Shown: positions 8,988-18,733 of the stretch, in pieces
Layout: each line of letters begins with the position of its first letter
Position numbering within the stretch: the stretch's first letter is position 1
Assembly: GCA_965223545.1 (NCBI GenBank)
Contig: OZ245006.1
Coordinates: 6,240,001 to 6,304,000, forward strand
Direction: 5' to 3'
Length of the DNA stretch: 64,000 bases
Origin: Planctomycetota bacterium
GTDB lineage: Bacteria; Planctomycetota; UBA1135; UBA2386
Translations under genes and position numbers: made by a program
The notes under the pieces: generated by a model
What the model saw: the letters and a program-made list of their open reading frames with translations, nothing else
Told to the model about the DNA's origin: nothing
The model's database searches: none

Positions 8988-9395
8988 TCAACCGCGAACG
9001 GAGTCGACGTCCATGACGTACAGCGCGACGACCACGTCGTCCTCGCGCTCTTCGCCGATGTAGAGCTTGCCGGAGATCTCGACCGTGCCGGCAAACACCT
9101 CGGTGGTGACCCCCTCGGGCATCGCGCAGAACACGACTTCGTTGAGCTTGGGCATGCCCTCGCAGCCGCAGGCGTCGTCGATGAGCATGAAGAACTCGAC
9201 CGGGCCGATGCCGTCGTCCTCGCGCTGCATGAAGCCGGACAGCGTGATCTCACGCTCGTCGTACTGGGTGACCTCGGCCGGCAGGGTCATGCCTTCCTGG
9301 TACTCGAACCCGGACAGCACGGCGAAGTCGACCTTCTCCGGTTCTAAAGGACCGGCCAGGACGGCGGCCAGCCCGATGGTCCACGCGAGCTTCAT
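8988..9395 (-). CDS. DUF3299-like exported protein
   Basis: LPAEV..YD...ITLSGFM, EFFML..ACGC...P..NEVV, V.ISGKL; ends 3 nt upstream of ku. Confidence 0.65.
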   Translation of the reverse strand: MKLAWTIGLAAVLAGPLEPEKVDFAVLSGFEYQEGMTLPAEVTQYDEREITLSGFMQREDDGIGPVEFFMLIDDACGCEGMPKLNEVVFCAMPEGVTTEVFAGTVEISGKLYIGEEREDDVVVALYVMDVDSVRG

Positions 9396-9529
9396 GACGG
9401 CATCTTAGCAATCGGGCAGACCGCGACGCGAGGCTGAGGGATAAAGGTGGCGGCTGCCGGGTAGCCGCCGCGGTTGGGGAGAATCGCACCGGTGGCGCCG
9501 CTATCCTCGCCGGGCCCGAAACAGCCGCC

Positions 9530-10342
9530 ATGACACCGAACCCCACCTCAGGCGAGCCGCTCGTCGGCTACAGCGTCACCGACCACGTCGCGGTGCTGAC
9601 CTTGCAGCACCCGCCGGCCAACACCTACAGCCACGAAATGATGCTCGAGCTCGACCGGTGCATCCTGCGGGCGCGGTTCGATGCGGCGGTGCAGGTGATC
9701 GTGCTCACCGGCGCGGGCGATCGGTTCTTCTGCGCCGGCGCCGACATCGCGATGCTCGAGCGCGCTGATCCGGGCTTCAAGTACTACTTCTGTCTGCACG
9801 CCAACGAGACCCTGTCGCGGCTCGAGCAGACCCCGAAGCTGGTCATCGCCGCGCTCAACGGCCACGCCGTCGGCGGCGGACTCGAGGTCGCGCTGGCCGC
9901 CGATCTGCGCGTCGGTCGCGCCGGCGCCGGCAAGATCGGGCTGCCCGAGGTCGCGCTCGGTGTGCTGCCCGGCACCGGGGGCACCCAGCGGCTGGCGCGG
10001 CTGATCGGCAAGGCGGCGGCGATCGAGCTGATGTGCAGCGGCGCCAACACGGACTTCGCCCGAGCGCACGAGCTGGGGCTGCTCAACCAATTGTGGGACG
10101 TCGACGCCGCCGACTTCGGTGCGCGCGTTCTCGAGTACGCGCGCGGTTTCTGCACACCGGAGAAGGCGGCGATGGCGGTCGGCCACATCAAGCGCGCGGT
10201 GCAGACCGGCGCGGAGCTTTCGCTCGAAGCGGGCCTCGCGCTCGAGCGCGAGCTGCAGGCCAAGCTGTTTGCCAGCCAGGACGCCAAGGAAGGGCTGGCG
10301 GCGTTTGCGAACAAGCGCGCCGCGGCCTTCGAGGGCTGCTGA
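9530..10342 (+). CDS. Enoyl-CoA hydratase/isomerase family protein
   Basis: FFCAGADI, AALNGHAVGGGLEVALAADLR, GLPEV.LGVLPGTGGTQRL. Confidence 0.92.
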   Translation: MTPNPTSGEPLVGYSVTDHVAVLTLQHPPANTYSHEMMLELDRCILRARFDAAVQVIVLTGAGDRFFCAGADIAMLERADPGFKYYFCLHANETLSRLEQTPKLVIAALNGHAVGGGLEVALAADLRVGRAGAGKIGLPEVALGVLPGTGGTQRLARLIGKAAAIELMCSGANTDFARAHELGLLNQLWDVDAADFGARVLEYARGFCTPEKAAMAVGHIKRAVQTGAELSLEAGLALERELQAKLFASQDAKEGLAAFANKRAAAFEGC

Positions 10343-10344
10343 TC

Positions 10345-11121
10345 ATGACCGATGCAGTGCTGACCGAGCGGCGCGACGATATCGCGATCTTGACCCTCAA
10401 CGCCCCGGAGAAGCGCAATGCGATCGATCTGGAGATGGTGCGCGGGCTGCACCGGGCGTTGGACGACTTGACCGGCGACGACGCCCTTGCCGCCGTCGTG
10501 CTGACGGGCGCCGGCGACCGCGCCTTCGCGGCCGGCGCCGACATCGGTGATTTGCTGGAGCGCAAGGCCGCGCAGGCGTTGGCGGCGATCAACTCGGGCA
10601 TCTTCCAGCGGATCGAGGAGTTTCCGGTGCCGACGATTGCCGCGATCCGCGGCTGGTGTCTCGGCGGTGGCTGCGAGCTGGCGATCGCCTGTGATCTGCG
10701 GGTCGCGGGACGGTCGGCCAAGATGGGGCAGCCCGAGGTCAAGCTCGGCATCATCCCCGCTGCCGGCGGCACCTATCGGCTGCCCCGCTTGGTCGGCCTC
10801 GGGCGCGCGCGCGAGCTGGTCTACACCGGGCGCATCCTCGACGCCGAGGCGTGCGCCGCGATCGGGCTGGTCAACGACGTCGTCGACGACGAGCAGGTGC
10901 TCGAGCGGGCGCTCGAGCTGGCGGCAGAGATCGCGCAAAACGGCCGCCTGGCGGTGCGCATGGCAAAGGCGGCGATGAACGGGCTCGCCCGGGACAACGC
11001 GCACCTCGCCGGCCCGTTCGAGAGCATTGCCCAGGCCGTCTTGTTCGACAGTGACGACAAGCACGCGCGGATGCGCGCATTTCTCGACAAGGGCGCCAAG
11101 CGGCGTGGGAGTGGCTCATGA
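10345..11121 (+). CDS. Enoyl-CoA hydratase/isomerase family protein
   Basis: AFAAGADI, GGGCELAIACDLR, GQPEVKLGIIP. Start at ATG 10345. Confidence 0.92.
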   Translation: MTDAVLTERRDDIAILTLNAPEKRNAIDLEMVRGLHRALDDLTGDDALAAVVLTGAGDRAFAAGADIGDLLERKAAQALAAINSGIFQRIEEFPVPTIAAIRGWCLGGGCELAIACDLRVAGRSAKMGQPEVKLGIIPAAGGTYRLPRLVGLGRARELVYTGRILDAEACAAIGLVNDVVDDEQVLERALELAAEIAQNGRLAVRMAKAAMNGLARDNAHLAGPFESIAQAVLFDSDDKHARMRAFLDKGAKRRGSGS

Positions 11122-11978
11122 CTCGGCCTCGATTCGTTTCCGTCGCCGTTCTCGGCTCGGGCACCATGGGGGCGGGCATCGCGCAGGTGTGTGCCGGCGC
11201 GGGCTCGCGCGTGGTGCTGACCGACGTCGCCGAAGACCGGCTCGAGCAGGCGATGGCCGGAATCGCCGCGTTCTTGGACAAGGGCATCGCCAAGGGCAAG
11301 ACGACGGCGGCGGACAAGCAGCGGGTCTTGGATGCGATCGAGCCGTCGACGTCGCTCGAGCAGGCGGTTGCCGGGGCGGACCTGGTGATCGAGGCCGTGC
11401 CCGAGGACGTCGCGCTCAAGCGCGACCTGTTCGCGCGCGTGGCGGGCGCTGGCCGGGCGGACGCGATCCTCGCGACCAATACGTCGTCGCTGTCGTTGGC
11501 GCAGATCTTCGCGCAGGCGGGCGATGCGGGCCGCTGCCTGGGGATGCACTTCTTCAACCCGCCACCGCTCATGCCGCTGCTCGAGGTGGTGCGCACGACG
11601 GCGACGATGGCGGCGTCCGTCGACGCGGTCCTCGAGTACGCCGCGCAGCTCGGCAAGGAGCCGATCGTCGTGCGGGACAGTCCGGGGTTCGCCACGAGTC
11701 GGCTGGGCGTGGTGCTCGGCTTGGAGGCGATCCGGATGGTCGAAGAGGAGGTCGCTTCGGCCGAGGACATCGACAAGGCGATGACTCTCGGTTACCGCCA
11801 TCCGATGGGGCCGTTGCGGCTCACCGATCTGGTCGGACTCGACGTCCGGATGGCGATCGCGGACTACCTGCGCGGCGAGCTGCGCAGCCCCGCGTTCGAG
11901 GTGCCGCAGCTGATGCGCGACATGGTGGCCCGCGGCCAGCTTGGCAAGAAGAGCGGCAACGGCTTCTATCGCTGGTAG
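11118..11978 (+). CDS. 3-hydroxyacyl-CoA dehydrogenase family protein
   Basis: GSGTMGAGIA, VIEAVPED, LATNTSS, GMHFFNP, HPMGPL.LTDLVGLD, GKKSG.GFY. Confidence 0.93.
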   Translation: MTRPRFVSVAVLGSGTMGAGIAQVCAGAGSRVVLTDVAEDRLEQAMAGIAAFLDKGIAKGKTTAADKQRVLDAIEPSTSLEQAVAGADLVIEAVPEDVALKRDLFARVAGAGRADAILATNTSSLSLAQIFAQAGDAGRCLGMHFFNPPPLMPLLEVVRTTATMAASVDAVLEYAAQLGKEPIVVRDSPGFATSRLGVVLGLEAIRMVEEEVASAEDIDKAMTLGYRHPMGPLRLTDLVGLDVRMAIADYLRGELRSPAFEVPQLMRDMVARGQLGKKSGNGFYRW

Positions 11979-12033
11979 CATCACCCCGCTCCCGCCGCGG
12001 GCGCCCGCGCGCCCGTCCAACCGGAGGAATCGA

Positions 12034-12885
12034 ATGCGCTGGAAAGGTCGTAGAAAGAGCGAGAACGTCGAGGATCACCGCGGCATGAGTCGCGGCAAGG
12101 TCGCCGCGGGCGGTGGCATCGGTGTGCTGCTGATTGCCGTCATCGCCATGCTGTTCGGCGCCGATCCGTCGGCGTTGATCCGCCAGCTCGGCGCCGGTGG
12201 TGGCGGTGGGGCCGTCGTGCAGGGCGGGGAGCAGTCCGGGCCGCGGCCCGACGATCCACTGGCCGAGTTCGTCAAGGTCGTGCTCGCCGACACCGAAGAC
12301 GTCTGGAGCCGACTCCTGCCCGGGACCTACCGGGAGCCGAAGCTGCGCCTGTTCGAAGGGTCGGTGCAGTCGGCCTGTGGACAAGCCACGGCGCAGGTCG
12401 GTCCGTTCTACTGCTCTGCCGACGAACGGGTCTACATCGACCTGTCGTTCTACCGGGACCTCAAGGAGCGCTTCGATGCGCCCGGCGACTTCGCCCAGGC
12501 CTATGTCATCGCCCACGAGGTCGGCCACCACATCCAGCACCTGCTCGGCAAGTCGGGCGAGGTCCACCGGATGCGCGGTCGAATCTCACAGGAGCAGTAC
12601 AACGAGCTGTCGGTGCGGCTCGAGCTGCAGGCGGACTTCTATGCGGGCGTTTGGGCGCACCACGCGCAGCGGATGAAGAACATCCTGGAGCGTGGCGATC
12701 TCGAGGAAGCGATGCGCTGTGCGGCGGCGATCGGGGACGATCGGCTGCAGAAGCAGGCGCAGGGCTACGTCCAGCCGGATACCTTCACGCACGGCACCTC
12801 GGAGCAGCGCGTGCGCTGGTTCCGCAAGGGGTTCGAGACCGGGGATTTGCGGCAGGGCGACACCTTCGCCGTGCGCAACCCCTGA
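12034..12885 (+). CDS. ypfJ: Neutral zinc metallopeptidase (YpfJ family)
   Basis: MRWKGRRKSENVED, GPFYC..D, AHEVGHH (HExxH), ELQAD, THGTSEQR; GGAGG RBS. Confidence 0.9.
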   Translation: MRWKGRRKSENVEDHRGMSRGKVAAGGGIGVLLIAVIAMLFGADPSALIRQLGAGGGGGAVVQGGEQSGPRPDDPLAEFVKVVLADTEDVWSRLLPGTYREPKLRLFEGSVQSACGQATAQVGPFYCSADERVYIDLSFYRDLKERFDAPGDFAQAYVIAHEVGHHIQHLLGKSGEVHRMRGRISQEQYNELSVRLELQADFYAGVWAHHAQRMKNILERGDLEEAMRCAAAIGDDRLQKQAQGYVQPDTFTHGTSEQRVRWFRKGFETGDLRQGDTFAVRNP

Positions 12886-12950
12886 CGCCCCGCAGGCTCT
12901 CGCGTCGGTCCCTATACTGCGGGGCCCACCGACTCCGACCTCCCCGACCC

Positions 12951-14393
12951 ATGAAGCAGTACTACTCCCTCGGCCTGGCGCTCGCCCTGTTTGTCGGCGG
13001 GCTGGCCAGTGTCGCCCCGGCGCAGTCCCATTCCGTCATCGTTTCGCCGGACTTGCTGTTCCAGTTGCGGGACGCGCGCAGCGGGCCGCTGTCGCTGGTC
13101 GATGACCAAGAGACCCTGATCGTCACGCCGTCGACGGCCGGTGGCTACGCGGCGCGGCCCTTCCGCACGGTGCCGACGATCAACGTCATGCACGGTGATC
13201 GGAACAACGACGGTGACCTCGACCACATCACGCCCTACGTCGACCTCAATTGCCTGATGCGGCGCACCCGGCCGCCGCACGTCGAGAACGGGCCGTTCGA
13301 GCCCGGCTCGATCTGGATGTCGGCGGTCTCGTCGGCGCGGTTCGCGTCGTCGACCGCGGCATCCTCGACGCGCGCCTCGGCCACCGACGGCGACGTCTGG
13401 CGCGCGCGCAACGGCGTCGTCGAGTACTTCGTCCGCGGTCCGGTGCTGGCGGCGTCCTACGCGAGCGCGACGTCGTCGGTGCCGAGCGTCGACGTCGACG
13501 GTCTGGTGCAGACGCCGTCGGGCGATCTCTTGGTCAGCTTCTACGATGACGAGACGATCGCCCGCAACGCGATCGCCGATGGCGATCTCTACCTGGTGCC
13601 CGCTGCGGCGATCACCTACGACGGCAACGGGCTGGTCTCTTCGATCGCGCGGGCGTCGGCCCGGCTGTTCGCCAGCGAGGCGGACTTCGACGCCATGGTG
13701 GCCAACTCCGGCGCCGTCGACATCAACGGAACACCGATCACCGCGATCGTCGACCTCACCGCACTGGCGATCGATCCGTCGGGCGGTACCTGGATCAGCC
13801 CGCGGGATCCGACCTTGAGCGCCCCCAACCTCGTCTTCGGCATTCCCGGCTCGGACGGGTTCGACAACTTGTGGAGCACAGCGGCCGGCGGTCGGCTCGC
13901 GGTCATCAACGGCGTCACCATGGGGCACCGCACCGGTCAGGCCAACGGCGACCGCTTTGGTATCTGGCCGATGCCCGGCACCACCGGCGTCAGCGCGCTG
14001 CTGATCGTGCCGGCACAGAGTCACTGGATCACGATGGACGCGCCGCTGTCGGGCAAGCAGAGCGGCGGTCTGTTCCAGCTCGAGATCGGCCGCATGCAGC
14101 CGTCGACTCCGTTCGTGCCGTTCGTCTCGCTCTGGGCGACGCAGATCGGGTTCGGCTACGTGCCGGCGCTGCCGGCGCCGGGGGGGCTCGGTGGCAACCG
14201 CTGGCTCGAGCTCGACCTCGCGACGTTGGTGGCGTTGCCGCCGTTGCTGGCCGATGCCGATGGCATCGCGCGGCTCACGTTGAGGGCGCCGCCGGGGATC
14301 CCGAGTGGCGTGGACTTCCTCGTGCAGGGCGCGGGTTTGCCCGTGGGGGGGGCGCAGCTGGTGCTGTCCGCGACGTGCAACATGACGTTCTGA
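12951..14393 (+). CDS. Secreted hypothetical protein with shared C-terminal domain
   Basis: Signal peptide ending APAQ, propeller-like DVDGL/DGD repeats, C-terminal G.ARLTLRAP...GVDFLVQ motif. Confidence 0.7.
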   Translation: MKQYYSLGLALALFVGGLASVAPAQSHSVIVSPDLLFQLRDARSGPLSLVDDQETLIVTPSTAGGYAARPFRTVPTINVMHGDRNNDGDLDHITPYVDLNCLMRRTRPPHVENGPFEPGSIWMSAVSSARFASSTAASSTRASATDGDVWRARNGVVEYFVRGPVLAASYASATSSVPSVDVDGLVQTPSGDLLVSFYDDETIARNAIADGDLYLVPAAAITYDGNGLVSSIARASARLFASEADFDAMVANSGAVDINGTPITAIVDLTALAIDPSGGTWISPRDPTLSAPNLVFGIPGSDGFDNLWSTAAGGRLAVINGVTMGHRTGQANGDRFGIWPMPGTTGVSALLIVPAQSHWITMDAPLSGKQSGGLFQLEIGRMQPSTPFVPFVSLWATQIGFGYVPALPAPGGLGGNRWLELDLATLVALPPLLADADGIARLTLRAPPGIPSGVDFLVQGAGLPVGGAQLVLSATCNMTF

Positions 14394-15340
14394 TGCGCGG
14401 GGGTGGGGGGCTGACCGGCGCGTTGGGGTGCGTCGGAGTCGCGCTGCTGGCCGCCGCAAACCGTGCGGTCGGTCAGCAAGTGACCTTCACGTGCTCGAGT
14501 CAGGAGCGCGTGCAGCAGTACGAGCCTTTGGATCTGGTTTGGACGGCTGTCGTCACGGGACCCCAAGAGGTCAGTGCGGACTTCGAGAAGAATGTCTTCG
14601 AGTTCGAGCGGTGGGACGAGGCCGAACGAGCCTGGCAGCCGATCGACTATGCGTTCGTCCGCTCCAGCACGTGGCCGGTGGATTGGCAGCCGGGACTGTA
14701 CTCTCACGGGGTCCGAATCCTCTCGCCCGCGATCATTGCCGTGCCGGGGAAATACAGGTTCAAGAAGGACGTGGCGTTTCTGGAGCTCACCGAGGTTGAC
14801 CAGAACTGGACCCACGTGGAGGTCGTCGCGCACGCGTCGAATGCCACTGCGTTTGGTCGCGAGGGGCCTCTGCGGGATGCCTACGGCTGGCTGAAGTTCG
14901 TCCTGCTCCAGGTGCACAACCTGGCTAACGTGCATGCTCTCGTACCCAATTCTAAGCCGCGCCACGTGGCGCACGCGGCCAGAAGAGCCGAGAGGGCTGC
15001 AGACTGCTTGCTCACCGAGTCACTGTCGGAGCGGGTTCTCGACATGGCCAGGCTGGCCAAGAGTTGGGCGCTGGTGGTGAGCGCGATGAACACGCGCGAT
15101 CCCGTCGATCCGGAGATGATCGGCGAGGCCCGGACTCACCTGCAGGCGGTGGACCCGACCCGCTACCCAGGTCCGTTCGGCAACGTGGGCGCAGACGCGT
15201 TGGGCCTCCTCGTCTTGTGCGACGCGTTGCTGGGCGACCGAGCTGGCGCCGAGCGGACTGCCGCGCGGCTGCGCAAGAGGTTTCCCCGAGCACCGGCCAC
15301 GAAGACGATCGAGAAGCACCTCGAGTATGCTCCACGCTGA
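14393..15340 (+). CDS. Hypothetical exported protein with C-terminal TPR-like helix
   Basis: ATG overlaps the upstream TGA; hydrophobic N-terminus; LLGDRAGAERTAARLRKRFP helix. Confidence 0.6.
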   Translation: MRGGGGLTGALGCVGVALLAAANRAVGQQVTFTCSSQERVQQYEPLDLVWTAVVTGPQEVSADFEKNVFEFERWDEAERAWQPIDYAFVRSSTWPVDWQPGLYSHGVRILSPAIIAVPGKYRFKKDVAFLELTEVDQNWTHVEVVAHASNATAFGREGPLRDAYGWLKFVLLQVHNLANVHALVPNSKPRHVAHAARRAERAADCLLTESLSERVLDMARLAKSWALVVSAMNTRDPVDPEMIGEARTHLQAVDPTRYPGPFGNVGADALGLLVLCDALLGDRAGAERTAARLRKRFPRAPATKTIEKHLEYAPR

Positions 15341-15391
15341 CCGACAGCGCCGTCCAACCCCAGCGCGCGGGCGGAGCCGGTGCCGAGAGAC

Positions 15392-15811
15392 ATGCGGGAG
15401 TTCGTGACATCGCCGGTGCTTCGTGCACTCCACGAGGCCGGGCTGCTCTGTTCTCGGAGCTCCTCCTGCAAGGAGATATCCGAGGACCACCTCGCCCTTG
15501 CCCTACTCAACCAGTGCGCGCAAGCCATCGACCAGGCCGGGGGCGACACGGTGTCGGCAAGGGCGGGTCTGCGCGCACGCATGGCGCCGGAGACCGGAGA
15601 AGCCGGCGGCGGACGACCGTTCTCGGCTGCGGCGCGGGCGGCCATCGAGCGGGCGCTCGGGTCCGCGATGGGGGAGTCGGGCTCGCCGACAACACGCAAG
15701 GCTGGAATCGGGGACATGCTCGGCGCGCTGATCGAAGGCGGGTCACCCGCCGCGCGCGTCCTCAGCGATGCCGGCATCACGCAGGAGATGCTGGCGGCGA
15801 TCCGCGACTAG
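15392..15811 (+). CDS. Stand-alone Clp N-terminal (Clp repeat) domain protein
   Basis: EISEDHLALALL, PFSAAARAAIERA, MLGALIEGGSPAARVLSDAGIT. Confidence 0.7.
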   Translation: MREFVTSPVLRALHEAGLLCSRSSSCKEISEDHLALALLNQCAQAIDQAGGDTVSARAGLRARMAPETGEAGGGRPFSAAARAAIERALGSAMGESGSPTTRKAGIGDMLGALIEGGSPAARVLSDAGITQEMLAAIRD

Positions 15812-15850
15812 ACGCCTGCTAGGGGGTCGGCGACGTGTCCGGCACGCTTT

Positions 15851-16249
15851 GAGCCTCCGGCGCCTCGAATCGTCGAGCTTCGACAACATTTTCGAGGCGA
15901 CGTCGCTGCCATGGCGACGTCGCCGCCGCGCCGGAGGCTCGGAGAGACAGTGCCTCCGGGCTCAGCGCGGCGGCGGATGGGTCGGACCTTCCAAGGCGCT
16001 CCGGCAAGAGCGGCATCCGAGTTTGGTTGCGGCCGTGGCCGCGCTGAGCCTCAGGGTCCGCAAATCTTCGCGCGGCGACAACCTTTCGGAAGGCTCGATG
16101 CCGCTGGAACTTCGACAACGCAGCTCCCGGAGGCTCGAAGACAACACTGGCCTCTGGGCTCAGCGCGGCCGCCGGCGACCGCGGGACCCGCGACCGACGC
16201 TCGGGTCGCGGAATGCTCCGTCTTTAGTTGCGGCCTCGGCCGCGCTGAG
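15851..16249. repeat. Mosaic array of four ~90-bp palindromic units (A-B-A-B), BIME/REP-like
   Basis: A units bounded by GAGCCTC.GG...CCGGAGGCTC (15851-15940, 16046-16136); B units bounded by CTCAGCGCGGC...GCCGCGCTGAG (15959-16050, 16159-16249). Confidence 0.9.
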
Positions 16250-16261
16250 ACACCGTGGCCG

Positions 16262-18637
16262 TCAGGGGCAGATCGACAAATGCAGCGCGTTCGACGCCGA
16301 GATGTCCCCGGCCGCATCGGTGCCGACGACCTGGAAGTACAGATCGACGCCGACCAGCGCCGGATTCGCCGGAATCGGTAGGCCGGCCAACGCCGCCACG
16401 CCGGTCACGCCTGCGGTCACGTTGGCCAGCAGCGCGCCGTTGGTGAGGGCGACGATGTCGAATGCCGGATACGCGACGTAGGTCGGTGCGACGCCCGCGA
16501 GGTAGAACGCTGGCGCTCCCGGCTGCAGACCGGCGGCGGCGAGGTTGACGTTGGTGCCCACCGCGCCGGTGCCGCCGGCTGCCAGCGACAGGGTGTGCTG
16601 GAGCGGGTCGAGGCGGTCGAACGCGCGGAAGCCGCAACCGGCCTCGTTGGGCATGTTGGGGGTCGGCACCGGGAAGGTGACCAACAGCGGGTTGGCGCCG
16701 GCGATGCGGCCGGTCGAGGTGTCGGCGATCTGTGGTCCGAACAGCAGGCTGTCGAGCAGGGTGGTGCCGTCGGTGGCCCACAGCCCGACCTCCTCGCCGG
16801 CGCCGGACAGCTGGAAGGTGGCGTGCAGCGGCCCCTCGGTCGGATCGTTGTCCGCCCAGATCAACAGGGTCTGGCCTGCGCCGATCGTGGTGCCCGCCGG
16901 GATCTGCCACTTGGTGGTGTTGGCGAGGTTGTCGGACAGATACATGCCCGACACGTCGATCGTGGCCGCGCCCTTGTTGTACAGCTCGACGAAGTCCTCG
17001 TAGGACCCGCTGGGGTCGGCGATCACGCTGTTGTTGATGGCCAGCACTTCGCTGATCACGATGTCGCTCGGCGCGGTGCCGCCCGAGAACGGCACGATGA
17101 TCGGGTCGAACTCGGTGCGTTGTGGCTCGTAGCTCTGGCCGCGCGGCGTGTTGTTGGCGACCGCGCCGACGTAGAAGCGCAGCTCGGTGCCGCCGACCCC
17201 CGTGACCGGAAGCAGCGCGCCGTAGACCCCGTCGCCGGCGGCGCCATCGCCCGACATACCGTCATCCGCCATCGTCATGAACGAGTACGGCGCGGTCTGG
17301 GTCGACTGGTAGTACACCCGCACCACGGCGATCGGATCGGTGCCCGTGACCTTCGCCGTCACGTAGATCGGCACGCCCGGCTGGTTGGTGCTGGCCGCGA
17401 CGTTTTGGATCGTCGGTGCGGCGGCCGCGACTTCGGGGTCCGCGAGCAACAGGGCGCGGCGGCGGCCGACGTACTCGCGCAGGCCGACGCGCGGGCCGGA
17501 GAAGAACCCCGACAGAACGACGGTGGATTCGAAGTTCTGCTGAAACTGCGAGTAGGTGTAGATCTTCTTCGGATCGGCCTGCACCGCGCTTTCGATCAGC
17601 GCGCGCCGGGCGGCGAACTCCGCGCTCAGACCGTTGGCCCAGCTGAACTCCGCCATCGCCGCGCGCATGTGAGCAAAGTAGCGCCCGCGCAGGTGGGTGT
17701 TGCTGAGCACGTTGCTGAGGAACGGCTTGTTGCTGCGCGCGAAGTTGTGGTCCGGCTGCCAGTTGTCCTCGGTCCAGGTCTCGTTGCCGTCGGTCTGGTG
17801 CAGATGCATGCGGCCGTCGACCGGGTTGCGGTACATCACGAAGTCGCAGCCCTTGTTGATGTAGCTGTCGTCGTCGGAGTAGAGGTTCTCCAGGACCACC
17901 GCCCAGATCGAAGGGTCGACGGCGAACACCTGATCGACCAGGGGCCAGTTCGCCGGCGGCGTGTTGCTCACGGCGTTGCAGACCGCGATCAGCTCATTGA
18001 CCGGGTTGGCGAGGCCACCGGTGCTCTTGATCTCGTACTGGCGGTAGTTGCGCGGATCGGTGCCGAAGTACTGCAGTCCCGGCCCGTTGGGGTTGTTGGC
18101 GCACTTGACGCGCATGCCGTCCTCGTCCTCGAACCACTGGCGCAGGACCTCCTTGCCGTACTGCTGGATGTTGGCGTAGACGCCCCAGTTGGCGCCGTTG
18201 AGGGTGACGACGACGTGGTTGGCGCGTCCGCTCGGGATCCAGCGCGCCAGGATGTTGTGGAACACCACCTCGCGGCAGAAGGTCGGGTCGAGGAAGCAGT
18301 TGTTGAAGTTGAGGGTGTCCTGCCCCATGACGCGCTGGTTGGGGTCGACGAAGTCGACGGCCACGTTGAGCGACACCTTCTGCGAGCCCGACGGCAGCGC
18401 CGTGTAGGAGGTGTTGCCGCGAATGCGCACGCCGACGCTGGGGTAGACCACGCCGTCGACCGTGAGGTCGGCGAGGATGTTCGTCTGCGAACGGTAGTTT
18501 TGCTGCAGGAGGGTCCACCAGTTGGTGTCGTGGAACTGCAGGTCCACCGTGCGCAGGATGTTGACGTCGTAGAAGTCCTGCGCGCGCGGCGGCGCGGTCC
18601 AGGTCAACAAGGCGATGGCGATGAGCAGCGTTCGCAT
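16262..18637 (-). CDS. CotH kinase family protein with lamin-tail domain and shared C-terminal domain
   Basis: VGVRIRGNTS, DPTFCRE, DDDSY; LTD motifs VISEVLAIN, DFVELYN, SGMYLSD; signal peptide. Confidence 0.88.
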   Translation of the reverse strand: MRTLLIAIALLTWTAPPRAQDFYDVNILRTVDLQFHDTNWWTLLQQNYRSQTNILADLTVDGVVYPSVGVRIRGNTSYTALPSGSQKVSLNVAVDFVDPNQRVMGQDTLNFNNCFLDPTFCREVVFHNILARWIPSGRANHVVVTLNGANWGVYANIQQYGKEVLRQWFEDEDGMRVKCANNPNGPGLQYFGTDPRNYRQYEIKSTGGLANPVNELIAVCNAVSNTPPANWPLVDQVFAVDPSIWAVVLENLYSDDDSYINKGCDFVMYRNPVDGRMHLHQTDGNETWTEDNWQPDHNFARSNKPFLSNVLSNTHLRGRYFAHMRAAMAEFSWANGLSAEFAARRALIESAVQADPKKIYTYSQFQQNFESTVVLSGFFSGPRVGLREYVGRRRALLLADPEVAAAAPTIQNVAASTNQPGVPIYVTAKVTGTDPIAVVRVYYQSTQTAPYSFMTMADDGMSGDGAAGDGVYGALLPVTGVGGTELRFYVGAVANNTPRGQSYEPQRTEFDPIIVPFSGGTAPSDIVISEVLAINNSVIADPSGSYEDFVELYNKGAATIDVSGMYLSDNLANTTKWQIPAGTTIGAGQTLLIWADNDPTEGPLHATFQLSGAGEEVGLWATDGTTLLDSLLFGPQIADTSTGRIAGANPLLVTFPVPTPNMPNEAGCGFRAFDRLDPLQHTLSLAAGGTGAVGTNVNLAAAGLQPGAPAFYLAGVAPTYVAYPAFDIVALTNGALLANVTAGVTGVAALAGLPIPANPALVGVDLYFQVVGTDAAGDISASNALHLSICP

Positions 18638-18733
18638 GGGGCGCTAGCGTAGCCGATGCAGCGATCGGGCCGGAGGGGGGCGCGTGCCGGTCGCCGGTTG
18701 TTACGATTTCGCGAAGCCATCGCGCCCTCGGCC

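Noticed and set aside
9437..9450. GAGGGATAA(A)GGTG shared with 6091-6103
   Set aside because: Only two short, imperfect occurrences, which is too little to call a motif.
15851..16249. CRISPR array
   Set aside because: The units are inverted-repeat-bounded and of two alternating types, the interiors are homologous rather than unique spacers, and no cas genes are in the window.
15768..16481. ORFs across the repeat array (237, 156 and 99 aa)
   Set aside because: They are translations of the repeat itself; the same peptide recurs at 20.3 kb and 38.1 kb.
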